A stretch of 62,218 bases of DNA, the filler included, from Nemertoderma westbladi (Eukaryota; Animalia; Xenacoelomorpha): NCBI GenBank assembly GCA_032718475.1. It is 3 parts of 3 records of this genome, joined end to end, with 100 filler letters (N's around TTAATTAATTAA, not from the genome) between each part and the next. Parts side by side here need not be neighbours in the genome. Positions count along the whole stretch, not along the records: positions 50,645 to 62,218 come from JAUCBJ010006161.1; 2 more parts are not named here. One strand, given 5' to 3'. A program made the position numbers and the translations under genes. Under the pieces are notes generated by a model. The model was not told the DNA's origin. It saw nothing but the letters and a program-made list of their open reading frames with translations, and searched no databases. Position 1 is the first letter of the stretch. The number at the start of each line of letters is the position of its first letter. This document shows, piece after piece, positions 52,407-62,218 of this stretch.

Positions 52407-53370
52407 TTACAACTTCTTGGTTGATGTCGCAGTAAACTCCATATATCGGATATATCTGAGTGTATCAAGTGAATCCCCAGGTTTTCCGGAATATATTTTA
52501 TTAAATATCTTTTGCCCTGCACTCGCAACATCGGTTTGTAAAGAATTTTCATTATTTATCGTTTCACAACAGCGAAGGATCTCTTGCGATCTGTGAATGA
52601 GTTTAATTAGCTCACATTTTCCATACCCAAATATTGCAGAAGTTGAGTCACATCCACCCCAAGCGTGAATTACAAGTAGATTATGGATTACATCTGAGCT
52701 AAATTTTTCTACTATGTCTCGAATTCTAACCAGAGTTGCATCCTTGCCTTTCAACCGTTTTCGGTCAGAATGAAAATATACGTCAGCCATGTCTGGACAC
52801 CAATGGTACAGCAAAAGAACAAGAACATCGGTGTCATCAGCTTCCACAATCTCAGTGTCTCCTTTGGCAGCCAATCGCAGTGCTTCAAAGACAATATCTG
52901 TATCAGCATCGCCTTCACTTTGAACTACTGAGTGTCCATTTGCTGTAAAGAGGCGAGACAACATCTTTATCAAAAATTTGTACAAAAACAGATTCTGAGG
53001 GACAGGTACTTGCAAGTCATCACGAATTTGAATGTTGGCAGATGTTTTCCTTGCCCGTCGTGATGTTCTTGGTCTTTTATTGATGGGCCCGCATTGTATC
53101 CATCAAAAACAATGTTGGATGGGCCATACTTTGCTTCTATATATTTCAGATATTGAGCAACTATATCTCTGTACATACCTTTTGGTAGCCACCGTACCCT
53201 GTGAAGTAGAGCACCACCATCTAAAACATGTGAAGCATGTTCTGGTGAATGGGTTTCTGGAATACCAGCAGTAAGGTGATGTGCTTGTGCTAGAACCGCT
53301 TTGTTTGTTTTTCGCATTTGAGAATCCTTGAATAATGAAGTTGGAAAATGAGTGAGCTCAAATTTGAATT
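52407..53370 (-). mobile_element. Academ-type DNA transposon XPG/FEN1-like nuclease fragment (frameshifted)
   Basis: VLDGGALLH..W, IVFDGY, GDADTDIV, DDTDVLVLL and HAWGGCDSTSAIFGYGK (H2TH-like motif), split across two ORFs. Confidence 0.7.
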
Positions 53371-54997
53371 AAATTAAATTAAATTCCATTAAATTTTGCT
53401 TTCTTACTTACTTCTTCCATGTTCATTTGTAATATTAATATAAAATATTGCTACTGTACTGGTATATCAAAAGAAAAATATACATTCATGGACCATTAGA
53501 TTTCAAATTATAAATTATTTTTATTATTCATTTTTTCGACATTGGTGTGGACTGTATCCAAGATTTATGTTTCATCACTACAGATTTTATGTAGTTAATT
53601 CATGTGAGAATGTTCCTCAAAAAGGGACCCATGGGCACTAGTAAAGCAAAAGGGTCCCTACTTTGTCCTGTCGACACCCCCTGCCATTTTTTCACCATTC
53701 TTTTAATAGTGTTTTTTATCGGTTTTTTTGTTTTGTTGAATGGTCTATAAAATTCGTAGATATGTTTTTTATGGTACGGTAGCTACTGTAGTGTTATTTT
53801 TTTACTAGCTAGTATTTTTTGTAATTAAAAAAAATTAATATAAACTGTAAACTTTTGGTTATCCTGTTGTAGTTTAAACCTGAAATATCAATTTTTTGAA
53901 ATTTTTTTATAATTTCAATAAATACTAGCTAGTAAAAAAATACTAGCTACCATAAAAAAACATATCTACTTAATTTGTAGAACATTTTCTAAAACAGAAA
54001 GAAAACATGATAGAATCACTTTATAATGTATTTCTAAGTATAAAATTTGCATTAGAAAACTTACAAAACTTACTTACTACTAACTTATTCAAATTTAAAC
54101 TTACTAAAATAATTGCCTATTAGGTTTTGACAAATTTTTACTAGCTACCACAACAGTGTTCCAGAATATAATATTTTGATTATTTAATGTTGCATCGATG
54201 TCGAGGAATAATTTAATCATGAAATATTTGCATTAAAAAAAATTAATATTAAATTTTTTGAAAAATTAGCTAGCTACCATAATAGCTAAGTGTTCTACCG
54301 GTGCCCGAAAGTGACGAAAGAACGAAATTTTTTATTGTGAAATGTTGAGATGATGTCTATATGGAATTTACCATACCCCATTATATTTTCAGTGTCTAAC
54401 TAGTGTACATACAAGCCAGTCGAGTCTTTTGATAGGCATGTCCCTTACAGTATGTTCAGTTGATGTCAGTCAGCCATGCATAACTAGACCCCAGATCTAA
54501 CTCATTACTAAGTTTGGAGAGCGTAATAATAAAAATAATAGGTCAAATTCAAGCTTTGCTTGCCTTGGAACCAATATAACGCCAGCAACCAGGCGTGAGT
54601 GGGGTAAACTACTAGCTAACACCGGTAAATTTCAGTCTATATTATGTATACAATTATGTATGTAATTAACAGATAAGAATATGAATTATTACATTGTCTC
54701 TTAGCAACTATGAAATATTCCAAGTAAAGATCAAGTAAATTTAAATTGATTTTACTTATGGATAGGGTTCACGAAAATGACTATAAAAAAATTTGCCCAA
54801 GGTATGCTGCGGAGGACTTTCAATATTCTTAAAGAGCATAAATTTGCGCTTCTAATAATACCAAATTTGGCTTGGTAACATTTTTTTCCGGGTACACCTA
54901 AAATTGCTCCTAAATCGACCAGACTATAAGGTAGTAATCGGGTGGCAGATAGTATAATAGCACATGTAGGGGAGAATATAAGTAATAATAAAATTAA

Positions 54998-56439
54998 CAA
55001 ATTATAGCAACTGGGGAAGGGAACTGGGCAACTAGAATCATTAATAAAAGGATCGACGAGCATCTTCGCTACGTTGTAAAGGGGGACGAAGCTAGGTTTG
55101 GGATACCAAAGTACCCGAGGGAACCACCAAGGAAGGAGTGGAGGAGATTTATAGGTTCCGTGGAGAGGGTCAGCTACATGGTCCTAGACGACGAAGGGAC
55201 TGTGGAGGACGACGAGGGCTCGAGGAGGGGGTCGGGGGATCGGCTAGAACCATATTGCTGCACTTAGCAGCGCCGAATGGAGATATCTTTCTATTCGACC
55301 TAGGGACCTACGGAAAGAAGAGTGGGCCGAAGTTAAACCAGTTGCCAAAGGCGGGGCAGGAGCTAGTAAGACAGAAGAATACAGTCAAGGTGGGATCGGC
55401 GATACGCAACGACGCGGACAGAATTATTGGACCGGGCACCCCCAATCTTCTGGACATGCAGGTAGTCTACATGGCTATGACGAAACCGGAGGGGTTGGGA
55501 TTGGTGGACAACAAGGGACATGGCGATGGGCCAACTGATGGGACTCGTCTGCCACAAGCAATGGACTGGAACAAGTTCCGGGAGGAATATGGAGCAGAAC
55601 TTGCGAACTCGCTCAAGTGGGGAGCGAGACTGGGGAAGGAGGAACTATATCACTTCCGGAAGGGAGCGATAAAGATATATCAGAAGAGATATATCCTACA
55701 AGAGGATTGGATAATGATCGGTTTACTAAACCTATTCATTACGGTGACTATTGGGGGGGAGCCGACGGCGTTTCTACTATTGGAATCACCTCTGAATCAC
55801 AGGAGAGCCTTTAAGGTGGCCCTAGATGGTCTTGTAGACCACCCGGGGCTGAAGGGCGAGTCGGTATATTACGATACCCGACACCTAGTGGACAGAGAGG
55901 TAGATACACCATACAGGCGATGGAAGAAACAGGAGGCGGATAGGGTTGAGGAGAGGAGACTAGAGGAGGTCACCAGGAGAGAGAGAAGGGAGGCAGCGGG
56001 CAGAGAGGCAGATATAAGGGGAGAGGAGTATGAGTTCGAAGCCCAGGATTTGGACGAGCTGAGGTGGGGATCGGAGACCTCGGGCGAGTTTCAGCTGGGG
56101 GACGAACTGGGTTGGATGGAAGAGACACCGACACAGTCTACACCAGGGCTGCAAAGAATGCCCATGCATGCAGGCTCTGAGGGCGATGTCGGAAGGAAGA
56201 GACCGAGTGAGGTAGAAGGGTGGAAGGCCATGGGCGGATACCAGGGCGGAAAGGGACACAATGGATTAACTGGGATCCCGGGTTCAGATCCGCTCCCGGC
56301 AGGGGAAGAAGAAGAGAACGAGTTCGGGGCGATGCCACCGATAGCAAGGATCGGCCACTCGGACACGGACTGGGTGGACGGGAGAGTGGTGACGGCCAGC
56401 GGGGCGAGAGCCTTCTGGGACAAACCCGGTAAGCCATAA
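54998..56439 (+). pseudogene. Frameshifted DEDDy 3'-5' exonuclease-like (WRN/EXD/Mut-7-type) ORF
   Basis: ExoI-like YMVLDDEG at 55175-55198 in an upstream frame. The 55138 frame has LLHLAAPNGDIFLFDL, VKVGSAIRNDA (ExoII), LDMQ and QKRYILQED (ExoIII-like), then a charged low-complexity tail. Confidence 0.55.
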
Positions 56440-56459
56440 ACAAACATTTTTTCAGCGAC

Positions 56460-58842
56460 AAACATTTTTTAATTTCCAAGAGTATACACCATGTCCTGGA
56501 AATATATCAATTTTTAATTTCCAAGAGTATACACCATGTCCTGGAAATATATCAATCAATCAAACATTTTTTAATTTCCAAGAGTATACACCATGTCCTG
56601 GAAATATATCAATTTTTAATTTCCAAGAGTATACACCATGTCCTGGAAATATATCAATCAATCAAACATTTTTTAATTTCCAAGAGTATACACCATGTCC
56701 TGGAAATATATCAATCAATCAAACATTTTTTAATTTCCAAGAGTATACACCATGTCCTGGAAATATATCAATCAATCAACCATTTTTTAATTTCCAAGAG
56801 TATACACCATGTCCTGTAAATATATCAATCAATCAAACATTTTTTAATTTCCAAGAGTATACACCATGTCCTGGAAATATATCAATCAATCAAACATTTT
56901 TTTAATTTCCAAGAGTATACACCATATGTCCTGTAAATATATCAATCAATCAAACATTTTTTTAATTTCCAAGAGAATACACCATGTCCTGGAAATATAT
57001 CAATCAATCAAACATTTTTTAATTTCAAAGAGTATACACCATGTCCTGGAAATATATCAATCAATCAAACATTTTTTAATTTCCAAGAGAATACACCATG
57101 TCCTGGAAATATATCAATCAATCAAACATTTTTTAATTTCCAAGAGTATACACCATGTCCTGGAAATATATCAATCAAACAAACATTTTTTAATTTCCAA
57201 GAGTATACACCATGTCCTGGAAATATATCAATCAATCAAACATTTTTTAATTTCCAAGAGTATACACCATGTCCTGTAAATATATCAATCAATCAAACAT
57301 TTTTTAATTTCCAAGAGTATACACCATGTCCTGGAAATATATCAATCAATCAAACATTTTTTTAATTTCCAAGAGAATACACCATGTCCTGGAAATATAT
57401 CAATCAATCAAACATTTTTTAATTTCCAAGAGTATACACCATATGTCCTGTAAATATATCAATCAATCAAACATTTTTTTAATTTCCAAGAGAATACACC
57501 ATGTCCTGGAAATATATCAATCAATCAAACATTTTTTAATTTCAAAGAGTATACACCATGTCCTGGAAATATATCAATCAATCAAACATTTTTTAATTTC
57601 CAAGAGAATACACCATGTCCTGGAAATATATCAATCAATCAAACATTTTTTAATTTCCAAGAGTATACACCATGTCCTGGAAATATATCAATCAAACAAA
57701 CATTTTTTAATTTCCAAGAGTATACACCATGTCCTGGAAATATATCAATCAATCAAACATTTTTTAATTTCCAAGAGTATACACCATGTCCTGTAAATAT
57801 ATCAATCAATCAAACATTTTTTAATTTCCAAGAGTATACACCATGTCCTGGAAATATATCAATCAATCAAACATTTTTTTAATTTCCAAGAGAATACACC
57901 ATGTCCTGGAAATATATCAATCAATCAAACATTTTTTAATTTCCAAGAGTATACACCATATGTCCTGTAAATATATCAATCAATCAAACATTTTTTTAAT
58001 TTCCAAGAGAATACACCATGTCCTGGAAATATATCAATCAATCAAACATTTTTTAATTTCCAAGAGTATACACCATATGTCCTGTAAATATATCAATCAA
58101 ACATTTTTTAATTTCCAAGAGTATACACCGTATGTCCTGTAAATATATCAATCAAACATTTTTTAATTTCCAAGAGTATACACCATGTCCTGTAAATATA
58201 TCAATCAATCAAACATTTTTAATTACCAAGAGTATACACCATGTCCTGTAAATATATCAATCAATCAAACATTTTTTAATTTCCAAGAGTATACACCATG
58301 TCCTGGAAATATATCAATCAATGAAACATTTTTTAATTTCCAAGAGTATACACCATGTCCTGTAAATATATCAATCAATCAAACATTTTTTAATTTACAA
58401 GAGTATACACCATGTCCTGGAAATATATCAATCAATCAAACATTTTTTAATTTCCAAGAGTATACACCATGTCCTGTAAATATATCAATCAATGAAACAT
58501 TTTTTAATTTCCAAGAGTATACACCATGTCCTGTAAATATATCAATCAATCAAACATTTTTTTAATTTCCAAGAGTATACACCATGTCCTGTAAATATAT
58601 CAATCAATCAAACATTTTTAATTTCCAAGAGTATACACCATGTCCTGCAAATATATCAATCAATCAAACATTTTTTAATTTACAAGAGTATACACCATGT
58701 CCTGGAAATATATCCATCAATCAAACATTTTTTAATTTCCAAGAGTATACACCATGTCCTGTAAATATATCAATCAATCAAGCATTTTTTAATTTACAAG
58801 AGTATACACCATGTCCTGGAAATATATCAATCAATCAAACAT
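56460..58842. repeat. Satellite, ~57-bp unit AAACATTTTTTAATTTCCAAGAGTATACACCATGTCCTGGAAATATATCAATCAATC, ~42 copies
   Basis: Direct periodicity (19-aa period in ORFs), with length variants in the T-run and ATCA-run. Confidence 0.98.
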
Positions 58843-59909
58843 TGTAAAAGCTTTTGCGGATGTAACAAGCTATTTTTCTCCGCAATATACCGAGTAGGTA
58901 TTTTAGCGGACATAACAAGCGATTTTGCCCGCTATGTCTGCATGTGTGCTTTAGCGGACATAAAAAGCCATTTTTCTCCGCAATAAGCTCAAATACTCTA
59001 AACATCGGAACTCAGATGACGACATCTATCAGCTGTATCCACGTGGAGCTTTTTGCAAGGAGCTTTGGTTCTTTGTTCGGCTCAGCCAATCAGAGCGATT
59101 TTCTTTGTGTTGGACAGTGCATATAGAAACTCACACAATTCAGTCAGGGTGTATTTTTTCCTAAGCCTAGAACGCCGGCTGTGGAATTATTGTGTTTCAG
59201 ACTTTAGCCAAACATTAGATCTGCTTGGATCATAGAAACGTATAACTGTTATTCTATCTATCTAACGAACTCATAACAAACCTGGTCACATACAAACACC
59301 GCATTATTTTACTGCTATTTACTGTCGGTTATTAATTATATCAGTTGATGGAATATTGTTATATTTGGATAATATCGATAAATAATCATAAAACCCCAAT
59401 CTTCTTGATATACTGAAGGTAAGAGACCGGTTACATATAGCAATTGCGACTTACATTATATTGGTTTTGGAGTGAATCTAATGCTATTTCATAGGCACTA
59501 CATGTGTCGGTTGCCGTTCTCCTTATATATGATTAAAATTAGTGAAGGTAGGCTGTTAGGGGATTAGGGATTGATCACCCCTTATTCCTTTGTATGGTTT
59601 ACTTATTTCTGTCGGTTTTATTTATTTGTAGGTTAATATTGAGCAGAAGACGTGTAAGCCTGCTCAGATTGTACAGGTAATTTGTAGGCTGGACTGTTGT
59701 CTGACTGTTGTTAAGTCTGAAGAGATTGCAGTGTGTGTAGAGTGTATGTCCGATAAAGTACTAGTTAGGAAAGTGGGTGGCATCCAGTGCTGTAAGGTAA
59801 ATCCCCCCGAAAGAATAATTATTCGCAACATTCACAACCCCAAGTTTATTCCTACAGCAATTGTGCTTGTTATACATACCATTATAGTTAAATTAACCCC
59901 GGTACTACA
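58843..59909 (+). mobile_element. 5' LTR (~1067 bp) of an LTR retrotransposon related to the solo LTR at 24927
   Basis: Starts TGTAAAAGCTTTTGCGG versus TGTTAAAGCTTTTGCGG. Shares collinear blocks (CCAATCAG..CGATTTTC, ACCGCAT.ATTT, ATGCTATTTCATA, CCTTATATATGA.TAAAATT). Ends TACA at almost the same length. Confidence 0.7.
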
Positions 59910-60749
59910 TCAGGGCTGTTTGGCGTAGGTAAAGACTGGAGATTTTATGCTTTGGTCACTCCGGCAGATACCGTGGTTCTTTTAGCTGTACAAGTATTTC
60001 TAACTGCTGGTTATTTGTTGTATAAGTACTTGTACCTAATTTAGGGTTTAGTGTACAGTGCTTTCCGAAGGTAATTAGTGTGTAGGCAGTATATTTGTGT
60101 TGTAAAGTGGTTAATAGGCACGTTGGCTCTGGTAGGCTGCGGTAATTAACTTCTAGGTAGGAACACTCCGTGATACATAACGTAGTACTTATAGCGATAC
60201 GGCTATAAGTTGTCAGACGGTGGTATTTTTCCTATCTGGACAACGCAGTATATTTACTACTGCTTTGTTATTTTCAAATACCGTAGTATCCTGTCTGTTT
60301 GTAATAACCAGATATTTTAATCCTTTGTTAGGCTGGTTTGTAGACTTCTTGTAAAATTACCCTAAAAATTTGTACGTATAATTTTCGTGTTTATTTAGAG
60401 ATTGTAATCTCACCCCGAATTGTACGTAATTTGTAGTATTAAGTAACTTAGGTAAATTAGAATTATTTGTTTTAGTGTCCAACAAGTAGCACTTCACTGA
60501 GAGCGTACAGCTTCTGTGCAGTGACTCCTTCCCAGAAATAATAACATTTATTTCAAATATTGACAAAAACCCATTAAACGGGTATATACATATTATAAAT
60601 CAACTCAAACCGATTTATAAAATAGTAGGCCTGTCATACAACAATTAGGTCTTAATATCAGTTGGACTACTGCTTAAATAACGGTAATAAGGTAAAGAAA
60701 AGTAACCAAGTAACCCCTAAAATTCAGAAATTCAATTATTCTAAAATAA

Positions 60750-61005
60750 TTGACATACCGGTATTTACAATAGGCTTATTATATTTATTTCTATAAATTT
60801 GAGCTGAAATTATATACCGGTATTCTGTAATTAATTCTAGTCTGTAATTATACTTATACATACTAGAAGTGTAAGCTGTATACCGGTATTCACGATAGGC
60901 TTATTATATATTTATATATTTGCGCTGAAATTATATACCGGTATTCTGTGACAAACCTAGTCTGTAATAATACTTATATATATTATAAGTGTATACCGGT
61001 ATTCT
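60750..61005. repeat. Degenerate ~121-bp duplication with five ATACCGGTAT palindromes
   Basis: ATACCGGTATT at ~60755, 60814, 60880, 60935 and 60993. Confidence 0.8.
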
Positions 61006-61141
61006 AATATATTATATATATATATCACGTTACACTGAGTAACAGTATCGGTAATTAATTACTAGGCTAACAGTTGATACTGAATTACTAGACTTGCTTT
61101 AACTGTAATATAGCAGTAGGCATTCAACTGTACAAACAAAC

Positions 61142-62218
61142 ATGTCTGACACAAAGCAAAACCTGTCAGACAGTCTCCTAGATACAACCATCTGTGACCC
61201 AGACAGGAGTGTGGAACGTGTGAGACCGAAGTTCAACTCACCTCCTACTGTAAGAAAGATCATCCCTCCAGTAGTAGTATCAGACCCTAGGCTAGTCCAA
61301 CACTGTAGGTCTATCATAGGCACTCGAGCTCAGGTCAAGCGGGACCAAGAAGCAGCTGTTGAACAGCAACAACACTCGAGCCGAGAACTTATTTCTCAGC
61401 GGCCCGACAGCTCCAGTAGTGCGGATACTGTAGAGCTGACACCCGAGCACGGAGCAAAGATGGCAGATGCGGTTTATTCGGATCCCCTTCTCATCCTTCC
61501 TGCAGCCGTACTCACTAGGGTATTGATTGCGGTGGAGGAGCACCAGATTGATTGGGCGAGAAGTAAGCGATCGACCAAGGATAGTTATGCGGGATACACA
61601 AGGGAGGAACTGAAGTCTATTGTCGAGTCGCAATGGAACTTCCCCGGACCCGGACTCCCGTTTGACTTATCGGAAGCTGCCTGGGAAGACATACACAGGA
61701 TGGGAGTGACAGAAGACACTAGAGATCCAGCTGTGTGGAAGAGGTCGGCAGCAGGATATGTACAGGGATTCTTCAGCTCTTTGGAGAGATTAGAAGAACA
61801 ACTGTTTCAACAACCCCAAGGACCTCAAGAGCAGGGAGAGCTGCTTTATCAAGTTCGAGAAAGAATTCTAAGAATCAGACTAATCCTATCGGCCTTTGAG
61901 GAAGCTTCGAAAAGAAGACAAGACACGTCGTTGCAAGTTGCCGTAAAGACTTGGTTTCAGCGGGTGAGTCTCAAGGTTCAAGGAACGGCCCAGTGGAAAT
62001 CTCAGCTGGCTGAGCGCTCAACCCATGGAGAATCAACAGACGCTACCTTTTCCCAAGTGGAAAGTGAAGCGACAGCAGAGAAACCACATAAGAGGGACGC
62101 TATTGACATCTATCTGTCAGACTATCAACGATTTCTAGGTGATGAAGAGTTGAGGAGAAGGCTGGCTGGACTTCGTCCTAATAGTGAAGGAGCCAAGTTT
62201 GTGTTGGACGCAATAGAT
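61142..62218 (+). CDS. Partial ORF (359 codons, open at window end), probable gag-like ORF1 of the LTR element
   Basis: Hand translation from ATG 61142 (MSDTKQNLSDSLLDTTICDPDR...GAKFVLDAID) has no stop. GC rises sharply, and the ORF lies downstream of the LTR. It is absent from the ORF track because it has no stop codon. Confidence 0.75.
   Translation, partial: MSDTKQNLSDSLLDTTICDPDRSVERVRPKFNSPPTVRKIIPPVVVSDPRLVQHCRSIIGTRAQVKRDQEAAVEQQQHSSRELISQRPDSSSSADTVELTPEHGAKMADAVYSDPLLILPAAVLTRVLIAVEEHQIDWARSKRSTKDSYAGYTREELKSIVESQWNFPGPGLPFDLSEAAWEDIHRMGVTEDTRDPAVWKRSAAGYVQGFFSSLERLEEQLFQQPQGPQEQGELLYQVRERILRIRLILSAFEEASKRRQDTSLQVAVKTWFQRVSLKVQGTAQWKSQLAERSTHGESTDATFSQVESEATAEKPHKRDAIDIYLSDYQRFLGDEELRRRLAGLRPNSEGAKFVLDAID

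Noticed and set aside
56866-58847. ORFs in the 57-bp satellite
   Set aside because: T-run length variants shift the frame repeatedly, so this is non-coding satellite.

Overview
AT-rich, repeat-dominated eukaryotic DNA, most likely from an invertebrate animal; it is not prokaryotic. Two artificial 100-bp N/TTAATTAATTAA spacers split it into three contigs. The first 20 kb is mostly an ~18.8-kb satellite of an 18-bp unit with higher-order structure, and four more tandem arrays follow (54, 36, 61 and 57 bp units). The rest is nested transposon debris: RTE LINEs with (TAG)n tails, an older LINE, a CRE-like RT fragment, a dead Mag-type Gypsy, a BEL/Pao integrase remnant, an Academ XPG-like fragment, a TTAA piggyBac-like element, MITEs and a tRNA-derived SINE. 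There is also a solo LTR and a related LTR element whose ORF is open at the window end and absent from the ORF track. Only one convincing host gene is present: an intronless, divergent SLC52 riboflavin-transporter homologue. Most notable points: (1) a Helentron/HINE-like element carrying nine co-oriented CTCF-consensus motifs at ~146-bp spacing; (2) a 54-bp satellite built from the 3' terminus of that same family; (3) a frameshifted DEDDy 3'-5' exonuclease ORF with retroelement-like composition. All family calls come from motif recognition by eye, and no searches were run.
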